From a virus (taxonomy: Duplodnaviria > Caudoviricetes), in IMG/VR virus record IMGVR_UViG_3300005614_001084, positions 108,311 to 172,310 of that record: a stretch of DNA of 64,000 nucleotides; one strand, 5' to 3'. Numbering within the stretch: the stretch's first letter is position 1; each line of letters opens with the position of its first letter. Both the position numbers and the translations under genes were made by a program. Under the pieces are notes generated by a model. That model was not told where the DNA came from and did not search any database. It worked only from the letters and a program-made list of their open reading frames with translations. Below, one piece after another: positions 25,381 to 34,882 of this stretch.

Positions 25381-25985
25381 GTACGGTCCTTGCGTGACAG
25401 GCTCGGGACAGCCGAGGCCTGGTTCTGGTACTTCGAACGCCGACCACTGTCGCCGTAGGGGCGGCGGGCCGGGAAGTCGAGCTTCTCGAAGCGGACCTGG
25501 CAGATCCGATCTCCGGGATACAGAAGCATGGGACGGCTACTGTCGAGGCTGATCTCCAAGGTGATGGCACCCTGGAAGCCAGCATCGATGAGACCGGCGG
25601 TGCTGTGGATGCGAAGGCCCCAGCGCCCGTAACTGCTGCGCCCGTCGACGAAGGCGACAAGATCGTCGGGCACGCAGATATGCTCCATCGTGACGCCGAG
25701 CGCGAAACCCGCCGGCCCTGGATTCATGATGAACGGTGAGCCCGGAGGAACTTCTTCCTGGTAGAAGAAGTCGATGGCATCCGACGATCGTGGATCGATG
25801 ACCTTTTCGTAGGTGCCAGCGAACACCGGCGCCACGTCGTACATGCGCCAGAACATGCTGCCCAGGCGAAGATCGATGGTGCTGGGCTGAAGCTGCTCGC
25901 TGAGGTTGATGGTGTTGTTCGATCCCTTGTCCTTGGGAAAGAACTCTTCGATTCGCTTTTCGAGACTTCGATCACTGAGATTCAT
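25377..25985 (-). CDS. dcd: dCTP deaminase
   Basis: LSDR, QLQPSTIDLRLG, GRSSYGRWGL, TAGLIDAGFQGAITLE, SKYQNQ. Confidence 0.93.
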   Translation of the reverse strand: MNLSDRSLEKRIEEFFPKDKGSNNTINLSEQLQPSTIDLRLGSMFWRMYDVAPVFAGTYEKVIDPRSSDAIDFFYQEEVPPGSPFIMNPGPAGFALGVTMEHICVPDDLVAFVDGRSSYGRWGLRIHSTAGLIDAGFQGAITLEISLDSSRPMLLYPGDRICQVRFEKLDFPARRPYGDSGRRSKYQNQASAVPSLSRKDRT

Positions 25986-26464
25986 GCGCGTCCTACGTTC
26001 GTTGGCCCGTACACATCTGCGGGCAGACAGGTCGGGAACTTGGTGAAGGTACTGGAGAGGCGAACCCACTCGCCATCGGGATGGTCGAAGATCCAGGTTC
26101 GGAAGCCGAGGTAGACGTGCTCGACGTGCAGCACTGCAACGACGTCGGGGATCCTATCGAGTGCGTCGCCCACGGGTACGTACTCCGCCGCGACGTCGCG
26201 CGGCAAGCACGCCAAGAACCCACCAGCTTCTAGCCGTCCCTCGGTATGGATCGAGCGCGCGGTGTACTGGAGGAACGACTGTAGCCCTACCCGCGTGCGG
26301 ATGAGCTGCTTCGCTGCGATGACGCTGAGCCCGTTCTCCTCCGCAGTCTTGGCGATGAAGCCAAGGCCGTGCGGGAAGAACATCGTATCCGAGCGAAGTG
26401 CCGCCTCCGTCTTGTTGCGGTACTCGTCCGTGATCTGTTCGATTCGATCCCAGTTGTAGAACAT
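25982..26464 (-). CDS. Hypothetical protein
   Basis: 160-aa coupled ORF. Confidence 0.65.
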   Translation of the reverse strand: MFYNWDRIEQITDEYRNKTEAALRSDTMFFPHGLGFIAKTAEENGLSVIAAKQLIRTRVGLQSFLQYTARSIHTEGRLEAGGFLACLPRDVAAEYVPVGDALDRIPDVVAVLHVEHVYLGFRTWIFDHPDGEWVRLSSTFTKFPTCLPADVYGPTNVGRA

Positions 26465-26480
26465 AGCCTGATCGATGCAA

Positions 26481-26506
26481 AGGGAACGCGCACGAGGCGC
26501 GTTCCC
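26481..26506 (-). terminator. Intrinsic terminator
   Basis: GGGAACGCGC/GCGCGTTCCC then TTT. Confidence 0.7.
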
Positions 26507-26522
26507 GGGATAGGAGCCCAGA

Positions 26523-27077
26523 CTACCAGGGTCGCAGCAGGTCAGCGAGTTTCGTCGTCGCCGGCTTCTCCGGCTCGGGCTCGACGTACTGACGATGCAG
26601 GACCGGCGCCTGAGGCTCGGGTTGCGGAATGACCACCGGAGCCAGCGGCTCCGGCTCGGGCGGTGGCGTTCGACCGTGGGACTCGTGGAAGTCCGCCTTC
26701 ATCCGGAGGAGATGAGACTTCATATCCACGAGCGCCTTGGTGAACAGTCCGACGTCCAACGTGCTAAGCGGGATCGCATTCCGCTCCACGTCACCGGCAT
26801 ATGACGGCCGGTATCCGTTGATCTTGCCTTCCGCGTCGAGGCTCAATGTCCTCAGCATCGGAATGAAGAAGATCTCTGGCGTTTCGTCGGGATTTTTCGA
26901 GACGTAGAATCGGGCGACGGTCAGATCGTTGTGCAGCTCCGTGCCCACGACACTATCGTGGTACCACGCAGTTGTACGACGAGGCCGGCGCCTGCGACGC
27001 ATCTGTCTTCTCGGGATCCTCGGCTCTGCTTCGTCCGACGTTCCCGCTTCTCGATTCGCTTCGTTATTTTGCTCCAC
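26523..27077 (-). CDS. Hypothetical protein
   Basis: GGAGG SD, CTATCAG motif at 27101. Confidence 0.7.
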   Translation of the reverse strand: MEQNNEANREAGTSDEAEPRIPRRQMRRRRRPRRTTAWYHDSVVGTELHNDLTVARFYVSKNPDETPEIFFIPMLRTLSLDAEGKINGYRPSYAGDVERNAIPLSTLDVGLFTKALVDMKSHLLRMKADFHESHGRTPPPEPEPLAPVVIPQPEPQAPVLHRQYVEPEPEKPATTKLADLLRPW

Positions 27078-27117
27078 TGGAGCACCTCCGTGTTCGCCTG
27101 CTGATAGCCGAAATCGA

Positions 27118-27591
27118 CTACCGAGTGAGCAGGGATCCAGGTGCTCCGAAGAGCTGTTCCATCGCAGCGATGATCTCGGCGAGGTAGGGCGAGACGCGCA
27201 CCATCTCCGCCGCAGCGTTCGAGCGATACTTCGCCTCGACGTGATCTGCCCAGCGCGACTTGGGGAGCGGTGCGCAGAGGCTGGTGTACTCCGCCGTCAT
27301 CGCGCGGTACGACTTGTAGTCGATCTTGCCGTTCGCATCACGCGGCGCTTCGAGGAGGGGACCACGCTGGCTCTGCATGATGATGACCAGAGCGCGCAGC
27401 GAGTTCTTGCGCGCCGACATCTCGTACTCCTGAAGCATCGTGGACAACGTGTTGCACCGCGCGCGAAAGTCCGAAGACACGATGATGGCGTCGATCACCT
27501 TGTAGGCGTCGTCCATCGTCGCCTTGTTCTCCCGCTCGGTAGCCGAGCCCATGATTCGCAGCAGAGGGCCACCAAGGTTCTCGCTTGACAT
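27118..27591 (-). CDS. Hypothetical protein
   Basis: Coupled ORF. Confidence 0.7.
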   Translation of the reverse strand: MSSENLGGPLLRIMGSATERENKATMDDAYKVIDAIIVSSDFRARCNTLSTMLQEYEMSARKNSLRALVIIMQSQRGPLLEAPRDANGKIDYKSYRAMTAEYTSLCAPLPKSRWADHVEAKYRSNAAAEMVRVSPYLAEIIAAMEQLFGAPGSLLTR

Positions 27592-27887
27592 CAAACCTTC
27601 CTTACGATCGGACCATAGTGAATCGGCAACCCGTCGCCTCCGATGTCGACGCGCACCTTACCGTCTAGAACAGACGTCTTGATCGAGAAGCGGATGAAGC
27701 CCGCTCTACGACCGTACTCCGCCCAGGCCAACCGGCCGGCGGGCGTATGCTTGAGATGGGTCATGCCCATCATCAGATCTCCGGCGGTGAGGGCGTCCAG
27801 GATCCCTTGCAGCTCTTCGGGCTCTGGTGCGTGCGTCCAGCTCACCAGCCGGATCAGTTCTTTCGAAACGATACTGTCGCTAGGCAT
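27591..27887 (-). CDS. Hypothetical protein
   Basis: Coupled ORF. Confidence 0.7.
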   Translation of the reverse strand: MPSDSIVSKELIRLVSWTHAPEPEELQGILDALTAGDLMMGMTHLKHTPAGRLAWAEYGRRAGFIRFSIKTSVLDGKVRVDIGGDGLPIHYGPIVRKV

Positions 27888-28255
27888 CAGCCTCCGATGT
27901 TGAAGTTGTAATCGTCGATCAATGTCCAGCCCACGATGCCGGCACGATCTGGCGTGACCTGGACGTTGGTGGGGTTCGTTGCCTGGGTCGTCAGAACCTG
28001 ATCGACATCGGCGCGTGTGATGCTCCGTTCGAGCACGAGAGGAAAGGTCTGAGACGGGGGCCAGCCCTTACCCAGCTCGATACGCGGCGGAGGCACGCCA
28101 CCGACGTCCTCCCAGCGGATGTAGAGGAAGAAGCGGCGGATGCCGTTCGCCTTGTCGACGATGTCGCGCAGAGACCCCCCATTCACCGGGTCCTGCTTGA
28201 TCGCCAGATTGCAGAGGGCTTCGTACTGCTCGCGCGACATCGTGACGTTGGCCAT
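27887..28255 (-). CDS. Hypothetical protein
   Basis: Coupled ORF. Confidence 0.7.
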   Translation of the reverse strand: MANVTMSREQYEALCNLAIKQDPVNGGSLRDIVDKANGIRRFFLYIRWEDVGGVPPPRIELGKGWPPSQTFPLVLERSITRADVDQVLTTQATNPTNVQVTPDRAGIVGWTLIDDYNFNIGG

Positions 28256-28265
28256 GGGCCGAAGT

Positions 28266-28766
28266 CTACTCCTTCACGAGCCGGACGGCGCCATCTCCGA
28301 ACACCGGCAGCGGATAGAGGACCCGCGCCGGGCGATTATGCCGATGCGTCGCCACCTGTGCGAAGCGGATGACGTCGATCTCCCGAAGGGCCGACTTCTC
28401 GGAGTCCGAGCCGTGCACCGCGTTGTACATGATCGGCTTGTCCTTGGAGCCGAATCGCTGCCTGATGGTGCCGGGATCCGCCGCCTTCGGGTCCGTGGCC
28501 CCCATGAGCGTCCGCCAGCGCGCCACCGCGTCGTCGCCCACCAGACTCACCGCGATGATGGGCCCCGAGACCATGAACGCGATGAGGTCGAGGAAGAACG
28601 GGCGATCCTTGTGTTCGCTGTAGAACTCGCGCACCAGGTCTGCTGGCCACTTGCAGCCGTGCATCTCTCCGATGGTGAAGTTCTGCTCCATCTCCGTGAT
28701 GAGCTGTCCCGCGCAACCGGAGAGGACTGCGTCGGGCTTGATGAGGGCGAGAGTGATCTGTTTCAT
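28266..28766 (-). CDS. ndk: Nucleoside diphosphate kinase
   Basis: TLALIKPDAV, FYSEHKDRPFF, FMVSGP, RTLMGATDP, PGTIR, NAVHGSDS. Confidence 0.96.
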   Translation of the reverse strand: MKQITLALIKPDAVLSGCAGQLITEMEQNFTIGEMHGCKWPADLVREFYSEHKDRPFFLDLIAFMVSGPIIAVSLVGDDAVARWRTLMGATDPKAADPGTIRQRFGSKDKPIMYNAVHGSDSEKSALREIDVIRFAQVATHRHNRPARVLYPLPVFGDGAVRLVKE

Positions 28767-28840
28767 GTCTTCTCCATCCAAAAACGACTACGGGCCGCGC
28801 CTACGTGAGGCACGACCCGTAGTAACCCGACCGAGCTTGA

Positions 28841-29722
28841 TCACTTCTTCGCGGGAGGCGACATCGCGACGAGCATCTTGGCCGACTCCATCTGGAACGC
28901 GGGATCGTTGACGTGGAGATCGATGATCTCCCCCATCTTGTCCACCCACCCCAGCATGGTCTCGCGGGTGAAGATGAAGATGCCGTCGGGCAGCTTCGCG
29001 TTCGGCAGCTCTCCGCTCTCCACCGCGGCGTCGAGGTCGTCGCCGAGGCTCGCGGCGCCCGGCGAGAGGTAGAAGATCACCTGGATCTGCCCCTCCTCGT
29101 CGGAGCGCTTCACGATGTTCGCGACGTCGGCGGGGCTACCGCCCATGAAGAAGTCGTTCTTCAGCGCCTCGGGCGTGAACTTGTGCGCGAGGAACGAAGC
29201 GTTCCGCAGGTCCATCATGACCTCGGGGATCTTCTCGAAGCCCTCGTCCTCCTCGCCCAGCTCCATCGCCTGGCGGATCTCCGAGTAGTTGAAGCCCGCG
29301 CTCTTGTCCTCCTGCGCGGCGAACACGCCCATCACCTTCTTGTGCCACGAACGATCGGCGTTCTTGGTTCCGCTCTTCTTCTTGCCTGCCATCGAGATCT
29401 CCTTCTTGTCGGGAACGGTTTCGGGAGCGGACTTCGGGGAGCCGCTAAGCCCAGGGATAGCGTAGACGTATGCCGGGCGTCCAGAGGTGTTCTTACGAAC
29501 CTCGCCCGTCTTGATCAGCGCCCCACGGTTGAACAGCGCGTTGATACGTGCCGACACCGACTGGTGCTTCTGCTTGAGCGCAAGCTCGACCTCCTCGGTC
29601 GTACAGCCTGCGGGTGTGAGGACGAACACTGCGTAGACCTCGGCCTCCCTCTTCGCGAGGGAGGCTTCGACGCTGCGCGCAGCAGCGATCGAGGTCGCGG
29701 TGTAGTTGTGCGGCGCCTTCAT
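28841..29722 (-). CDS. Winged-HTH protein fused in frame to an acidic domain
   Basis: GCTTEEVELALKQKHQSVSARINAL...RKNTSGRPAYVY wHTH; internal AAGGAG-ATG at 29392. Confidence 0.7.
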   Translation of the reverse strand: MKAPHNYTATSIAAARSVEASLAKREAEVYAVFVLTPAGCTTEEVELALKQKHQSVSARINALFNRGALIKTGEVRKNTSGRPAYVYAIPGLSGSPKSAPETVPDKKEISMAGKKKSGTKNADRSWHKKVMGVFAAQEDKSAGFNYSEIRQAMELGEEDEGFEKIPEVMMDLRNASFLAHKFTPEALKNDFFMGGSPADVANIVKRSDEEGQIQVIFYLSPGAASLGDDLDAAVESGELPNAKLPDGIFIFTRETMLGWVDKMGEIIDLHVNDPAFQMESAKMLVAMSPPAKK

Positions 29723-30042
29723 CGCGTCTTCAGCTCGTCGTAGCCGAGCAGGCGCGCCTCCTCCACACTGCCAACGCGCAGTGGCTTCGGGTCGCCCATG
29801 ACGACGAAGTGCTCGGTCTCGCAGTCCGCGCAGATGATGGGGCCGCGGATTGTCTGGTCGGGGCCGTTCTCCTGGCCACCCAGCTTGTCCCAGCTTGCCT
29901 TGAGGTCAGCCTGACCGATCTTCTGGCCGCCGATCTTGATGGTCCAGTTGCGGTCGGCGAGGGGTACGATCTTCTGGATGGTGACCTTCGCCCGCAGATC
30001 CTCGCTACCGCAGCTACCGCACTTCTTGCTCGTTCCGCTCAT
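29719..30042 (-). CDS. Zn-ribbon protein
   Basis: CGSC...CADC. Confidence 0.7.
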   Translation of the reverse strand: MSGTSKKCGSCGSEDLRAKVTIQKIVPLADRNWTIKIGGQKIGQADLKASWDKLGGQENGPDQTIRGPIICADCETEHFVVMGDPKPLRVGSVEEARLLGYDELKTR

Positions 30043-30407
30043 CTCTCCTCCAGTACTTTCTCCAGAGACTTGATCACTTCTTCGCTCGCCTCCACCTCCA
30101 CGGGGGAGTCGCCCATGTTACTGCGCATCTGCTTGATGAGGTGCCTGACGCTCTCCTCAGTGAGACGCCATTCCCAACACAGGTCGGGCGGGCTGTCCAG
30201 CAGCCATTTCTCTGCGTCCTTGCCACGAAGCACGGTTCCTTCGGGCGGGCTTCGCGGATCGACGTCGCGCCCATAGTACTCGGGCCGGTCATTTCCGAAG
30301 CCCGAGCCCATCGAGGCCCAGGAGAAGAACGCCTGCTTGATGTCGGCGTCCTGCGATCGAGCGACGAACTCCTCCGCGATCTTGACGACCACTAGCCTGT
30401 CAGGCAC
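30039..30407 (-). CDS. Hypothetical protein
   Basis: GTG start overlapping upstream gene. Confidence 0.6.
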   Translation of the reverse strand: MPDRLVVVKIAEEFVARSQDADIKQAFFSWASMGSGFGNDRPEYYGRDVDPRSPPEGTVLRGKDAEKWLLDSPPDLCWEWRLTEESVRHLIKQMRSNMGDSPVEVEASEEVIKSLEKVLEER

Positions 30408-30585
30408 GGGCAGCCGTTCGCAAGATCTGAAGCTCGTCGTTGATGGTGTCCAGGAACTCGCGGTAGTCATCCTGCTTCATCTTGTTGGGGTTGCCCAAGT
30501 CTTCGATGAGGACGATGACCTGCTTGACCGGGTCGTGAGAGGGGGTGGTCGTACGGCGCGGCGGAACGGGCTTGCTCTTGGGCAT
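30400..30585 (-). CDS. Small hypothetical protein
   Basis: GAGGAG SD, GTATCAG motif at 30601. Confidence 0.65.
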   Translation of the reverse strand: MPKSKPVPPRRTTTPSHDPVKQVIVLIEDLGNPNKMKQDDYREFLDTINDELQILRTAARA

Positions 30586-30657
30586 AGATCTCCTCACATG
30601 CTGATACGCGAAACACGAAGAGAAGCGGAAAAGGCCTATCAGCAAGCGGAGGAAACG

Positions 30658-31374
30658 ATGCAGTTCAGCCTTGCGAATGGTTCCATGTCCCCCGATCTTC
30701 CCATCACCATTGTGGACCAGTCCTCGATGACGATGGCGGACGAAGAGATGATCGTCGCCTTCGGCGAACACATGCCGGAGTCCAAGTTCCATCCCGGTGA
30801 TCTCGGCTACCTGACGGAGGCGACGTCGTACCTGAAGCAGCGGGGCAAGACGTTGCCGCGACTGTGGCAGGTACGCTTCATCATCTCGATGTGGCAGCAC
30901 GAGCTGATGGCTCTGGCCCACACCCACAACGGCCTGATGGGTATCGATCACGCCCACTCCCTGCTCCAGAGCAGGGGGATGGTGGAGATGAACTACCGCA
31001 AGCCGATGCTGTACTGCCACGCCTTCCCGCACGGCATGTACCCCGACACCGCGGCTTGGATCCCCGAACGTGCCCTCCGGAAGATCAGCTTCCGTGAACA
31101 GAACCAGCAGTGGCAGCGCATCCTCGACGAGGCGAAGGCCCCGTTCGTCGGGTACGACACCTCTCACCTCATGGCGCCGTACATCTACGATCTTGCGCCC
31201 GACCGCTACAGCAGTGGCGAGAACCTCGGACGCCCCTTCAGCTTCGAAGAAGCCACGGTCCATACCGCCGCGCTGCTCGGGCTCGAAGAGGTGATGTTCA
31301 GGCCCGTCGACGCCTACTACATCAACAGCAACCGGATCATCGATCCGCAGCACGACATCTTCAAGGGGAAGTGA
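30658..31374 (+). CDS. Hypothetical protein
   Basis: GGAGG SD, CTATCAG motif at 30636. Confidence 0.75.
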   Translation: MQFSLANGSMSPDLPITIVDQSSMTMADEEMIVAFGEHMPESKFHPGDLGYLTEATSYLKQRGKTLPRLWQVRFIISMWQHELMALAHTHNGLMGIDHAHSLLQSRGMVEMNYRKPMLYCHAFPHGMYPDTAAWIPERALRKISFREQNQQWQRILDEAKAPFVGYDTSHLMAPYIYDLAPDRYSSGENLGRPFSFEEATVHTAALLGLEEVMFRPVDAYYINSNRIIDPQHDIFKGK

Positions 31375-31375
31375 C

Positions 31376-31846
31376 ATGACCAAGAACGGAACGATCGCCG
31401 TATTTCTCGCCCTGTGCATGAACTACGGGTGCCTGCTCTGTATCGCATACGTGCTGCACAACGGCATCGACCTGTGGCAGCACGCCATCCCACCTGCCGA
31501 GCTTCTGGCCCAGGATCAGGCACAGCGAGAAGCCAACATCGCAGAGCACGAGGACTACCTCCGAGAGCATCCTCCGCAAGACGCCGCGGTGATCTACCAG
31601 GATGCTGGACTGGAGCCCGCGTACCCCGATGGCGGCATGTCGGCGACGCGCTACATCGAGCACTGCCGGATGCTGTGCGAGACACCACGTCGGCACTTCG
31701 TCAGCGACCCACCGCCGCTACCCGGAGTCCCTCACGTTCTGTCCGTCAACCCCGAGGCCAACACCTGCACGTGCTGGAGACCGGATCGCCCCTACTGGGG
31801 ACCCGTCGAGGTCTACTACAACTGGAGTCGGAGGAGCGGAGGATGA
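31376..31846 (+). CDS. Membrane-anchored Cys-containing protein
   Basis: N-terminal TM, CRMLC...CTC. Confidence 0.65.
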   Translation: MTKNGTIAVFLALCMNYGCLLCIAYVLHNGIDLWQHAIPPAELLAQDQAQREANIAEHEDYLREHPPQDAAVIYQDAGLEPAYPDGGMSATRYIEHCRMLCETPRRHFVSDPPPLPGVPHVLSVNPEANTCTCWRPDRPYWGPVEVYYNWSRRSGG

Positions 31847-32103
31847 ACACGATCACGGAAGAAGCACTCGCCAAGATGAAGGCCGGAGCACACGAAGGTA
31901 CGCGCTGGGCCGCCTACGAGAACAAAGCGCTGGACAGCGCAACTCTCGGCGATCTGCGGTTCCTGAAGGTGGGCAAGGACTGCACGTTCAAGGAGCCGCC
32001 GGCACGCTACCCCGACACCGTGCACGGCACGGGCTGGCGCCACGTCTTCGTCGGTTACGTCGACCTGGAGAAGGGAATCATCGATGATCGAACCCACGGC
32101 TAG
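31843..32103 (+). CDS. Hypothetical protein
   Basis: GGAG SD, ATGA coupling. Confidence 0.7.
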   Translation: MNTITEEALAKMKAGAHEGTRWAAYENKALDSATLGDLRFLKVGKDCTFKEPPARYPDTVHGTGWRHVFVGYVDLEKGIIDDRTHG

Positions 32104-32341
32104 CATCGGCATCATCGTGGTGCCGCAGAAGATGGTGCAGGCGGCTCGCGTCAACAAGGATCACTTCGGGCATCACCTGGTGTGGTGGCTGAAGATCGGA
32201 GAACAATGGGTGAGCACGGGAGTCCCGGCTGGAGAGACCGAGGAAGAACGCTCGAAGTCGGAACGGGCGCTGTGCGACGCCCTGGGCTGGGAGACCCCGA
32301 AGGCTCATCGCATCATCCCGCCAGGCCCGTGGCCCGCCTGA
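32084..32341 (+). CDS. Hypothetical protein
   Basis: ORF in operon. Confidence 0.6.
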   Translation: MIEPTASIGIIVVPQKMVQAARVNKDHFGHHLVWWLKIGEQWVSTGVPAGETEEERSKSERALCDALGWETPKAHRIIPPGPWPA

Positions 32342-32733
32342 ACCTGAGTAAGATCACCTCGACATACTTCTATGACTTCGAGGACCCCAACGTCATCAAC
32401 AGCGGATGGTGCTTCGTCTGGGCGTGGCTCGCGCACCTGAAGTGTGGCGGCGAGCTGTGGACGTACGACGAGCCGCTCACGATGCAGTACCGCGACTGCC
32501 ACGCCTTCATCAAGGTCGGATCGCTGTACTACGACAGCAGCCGGCCCCGCGGCGTCCGCAAGATGGAACGGCTCAGCTTCTTCGGTAGCCCACCGGAGAA
32601 GGAGTTCCTGATCCCGAAGCAGACGCCCGAGGAGTTCAGGAGGTTCTGGGAGCGCAACGGAAGGAACATCTCCTGGGAGACACAGATGCTCGATCCATGG
32701 CCTAAGATCCTGCCAAAACGCCCCGATCTCTAG
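32338..32733 (+). CDS. Hypothetical protein (papain/transglutaminase-like C..H..D)
   Basis: INSGWCFVWA...HAFIK...YYDS; start uncertain. Confidence 0.55.
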   Translation: MNLSKITSTYFYDFEDPNVINSGWCFVWAWLAHLKCGGELWTYDEPLTMQYRDCHAFIKVGSLYYDSSRPRGVRKMERLSFFGSPPEKEFLIPKQTPEEFRRFWERNGRNISWETQMLDPWPKILPKRPDL

Positions 32734-32758
32734 CTATAAGCAGGTAGAGGAGGGACTC

Positions 32759-32971
32759 ATGCAGATCTTCAAAGGGCTGTGGTCGTTACCGAGTGTCGCC
32801 GAGGTCATCACGCTGGATCAAGAGCTTCAGCGCCTGGCCCAGCGGAGCAAGAAGTCGCCGGAGCAGCGCAACCTCGTTCGTCGTCGCATCACCGCAACGA
32901 TGCAGGCGCGCGAGCAGGTCATCGGCATCACGAATGCGGAGCGCAGGCTTCGCGAGTACCTGGGCAACTGA
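32759..32971 (+). CDS. Hypothetical protein
   Basis: GAGGAGG SD, CTATAAG motif at 32734. Confidence 0.7.
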   Translation: MQIFKGLWSLPSVAEVITLDQELQRLAQRSKKSPEQRNLVRRRITATMQAREQVIGITNAERRLREYLGN

Positions 32972-33008
32972 TCGAATCGTACAACCAAAAAGAAGAGACA
33001 ACACGAAC

Positions 33009-33440
33009 ATGCTGAACAAGATCAAGAACTTCCTGTCCGAGGTGGGCAAGCGTGTGTGGCATGCCTGCAAGTCGCTGGTCGTCGGCATCGGCGGCGGCGT
33101 GGTGGCATCGATGGGCGCGGCTCCGGTCTCGATCGGCATCGGGGTCGTGACGCCGCTGCTCCTGGTCTCGAACGAGGGGCTCGGCGCGCTCCCGATGGGC
33201 CTGATGGCCGGCGTGCTCAGCATGCTGAGCACCCTGGCGGTCTTCCAGGTCATCGCCGTGATGTCGCCGCTCGTCGGCGTCTACGATGCCGTGGCCTGGC
33301 TCGCTCTGGGCGAAGGCAGCGGGGTCGACAAGATCGGAGACGTCATCAACGACATCTCCGTGGTCATGGAAAAGAACACGGACGACCTGGTACGGCGGCG
33401 CACCGTCGAAGTGGTGGAGGCCCCGGCCGTGAACGCCTGA
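33009..33440 (+). CDS. Membrane protein
   Basis: Long Gly-rich hydrophobic segments. Confidence 0.7.
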   Translation: MLNKIKNFLSEVGKRVWHACKSLVVGIGGGVVASMGAAPVSIGIGVVTPLLLVSNEGLGALPMGLMAGVLSMLSTLAVFQVIAVMSPLVGVYDAVAWLALGEGSGVDKIGDVINDISVVMEKNTDDLVRRRTVEVVEAPAVNA

Positions 33441-33445
33441 GATCG

Positions 33446-33474
33446 TGGCGCTCTCCCGCAAGGGATGAGCGCCA
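33446..33474. terminator. Hairpin terminator between convergent genes
   Basis: TGGCGCTC-TCCC-GCAA-GGGA-T-GAGCGCCA. Confidence 0.65.
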
Positions 33475-33486
33475 GATCTCTTTGCC

Positions 33487-34071
33487 TCAATCCTTGAGCC
33501 ACTCCTCGCTGAGCTTGGTGTAGCTGTTCGCGACCGGACGACCGCCCATCATCTCCGGCACGATCTTCATCAGGATGTCGGCGTCATTGAGCGCGTTGTG
33601 TGCTGCTTCCGGATCGTAGTTGATCTGAAGCGCGCCAGCGACATCGAGCAGCTTGTGGTGTGCACGCATGCGCAGACTCGGATGGTGCTTCTTCGCGAAC
33701 TCCATGGTGCAGAGAGTGGGGACGCCCCGCGGCCACTCCTCGCGCGGAATCACGTAGCTCAACATCCGGGCGTCGAAGTTCATCTGATGCGCCACCCACG
33801 GCACATCCATCCGCAGCATGTCGAGGACCTGCGGACGTATCTCGTAGAACTCCGGAGAGTTCTCCACGTCCTCGTCCGAGATGCCGTGAACCGCTCGGGC
33901 TCCTTCGGAGATCGCACGCTTCGGGTTCACGAGAGAATGGAAGACACGAATGATCTTCCCCTGACGCGCCAGGATGATTGCGATCTCGCAGATGCGGTCC
34001 TCTCTGCTGAAGCCCGTGGTCTCGGTGTCGATGGCGAGATAGGGCGTCTCGGACCAGGTAAGGTCGATCAT
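33487..34071 (-). CDS. dnaQ: DnaQ-like (Pol III epsilon-like) 3'-5' exonuclease
   Basis: AIDTETTG, VHGISD, VAHQMNFD, AHNALND. Confidence 0.9.
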   Translation of the reverse strand: MIDLTWSETPYLAIDTETTGFSREDRICEIAIILARQGKIIRVFHSLVNPKRAISEGARAVHGISDEDVENSPEFYEIRPQVLDMLRMDVPWVAHQMNFDARMLSYVIPREEWPRGVPTLCTMEFAKKHHPSLRMRAHHKLLDVAGALQINYDPEAAHNALNDADILMKIVPEMMGGRPVANSYTKLSEEWLKD

Positions 34072-34700
34072 GGAGTCTCCTTGTGGATCAGCTCGTGGTT
34101 GGCGGTGTTGGGGTCGACGAAGGCACGGAACATCTCCATCGCGGCGCGGTGGCAGATGCCTTCGATGTCTTGGGCGTAGAGCGTGTAGACCGAGTGCTCG
34201 GGCTCCAGGTGGTTCTCCTCCTGTGGCCTCAGCTTCTCGTGAAGGATCTCCCGGAGCTTCAGCGCGACGACGGTGAGCCGGTCCTGGATCTCCGGATCCT
34301 CCAACGTTCCCTTCACCTCGACCTCGGTGGGGATCGGAGGAGCGAAGCCACGAAGCCATTGCTTCGCCATCTCCGCAGCAAGACCGAGGATCGAGGCGTA
34401 GGCCTTCGCCGTCAGCACTCCTCCTCGATCGTTGTAGTTCTGTGCTTCCTTGAGGATCGCCTCCTCAGCTCGATCGAGAAGATCCTTGGTCTTCATCCCC
34501 GCGTTGGCAGGGATCTTACCGGAGGCGATGCCTACGGCCAGCATCACCTCTGCGATCGCCTCCAGCATCACCTGAGTGTTGCCTTTCTCGCAGTGGGCTC
34601 TGACGAGCTTCTGAGCTTCAGCACTCAGCACGCCGTAGGCTCGAAGCACCCCGCCTATCCTGGACTCAGTCACGGCCGTCTCCCCATTCCTCCCCAACAT
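34068..34700 (-). CDS. Hypothetical protein
   Basis: 210-aa ORF divergent from 34883; alternative GTG start at 34673. Confidence 0.7.
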   Translation of the reverse strand: MLGRNGETAVTESRIGGVLRAYGVLSAEAQKLVRAHCEKGNTQVMLEAIAEVMLAVGIASGKIPANAGMKTKDLLDRAEEAILKEAQNYNDRGGVLTAKAYASILGLAAEMAKQWLRGFAPPIPTEVEVKGTLEDPEIQDRLTVVALKLREILHEKLRPQEENHLEPEHSVYTLYAQDIEGICHRAAMEMFRAFVDPNTANHELIHKETP

Positions 34701-34733
34701 CCTTACTTACTGTCATCTCGTCTCTCTTTCACT

Positions 34734-34763
34734 CGTATAAGGGTCTGTGGATAGCTGTGTCAA
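34734..34763 (-). promoter_or_regulatory. Possible divergent sigma70-type promoter
   Basis: TTGACA-18 nt-TATACG (weak -10). Confidence 0.45.
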
Positions 34764-34775
34764 GGAAATGGTGTG

Positions 34776-34804
34776 TTGACTCTGGTTTGAGATATATGTA
34801 TTCT
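34776..34804 (+). promoter_or_regulatory. Sigma70-type promoter
   Basis: TTGACT-17 nt-TATTCT. Confidence 0.7.
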
Positions 34805-34882
34805 CTCTTTTTCATCAAGATCTATCTCTCTTCGATACTGACATCACGTAGGAGAGATACAACGAGATGACAGGATGTAAGG

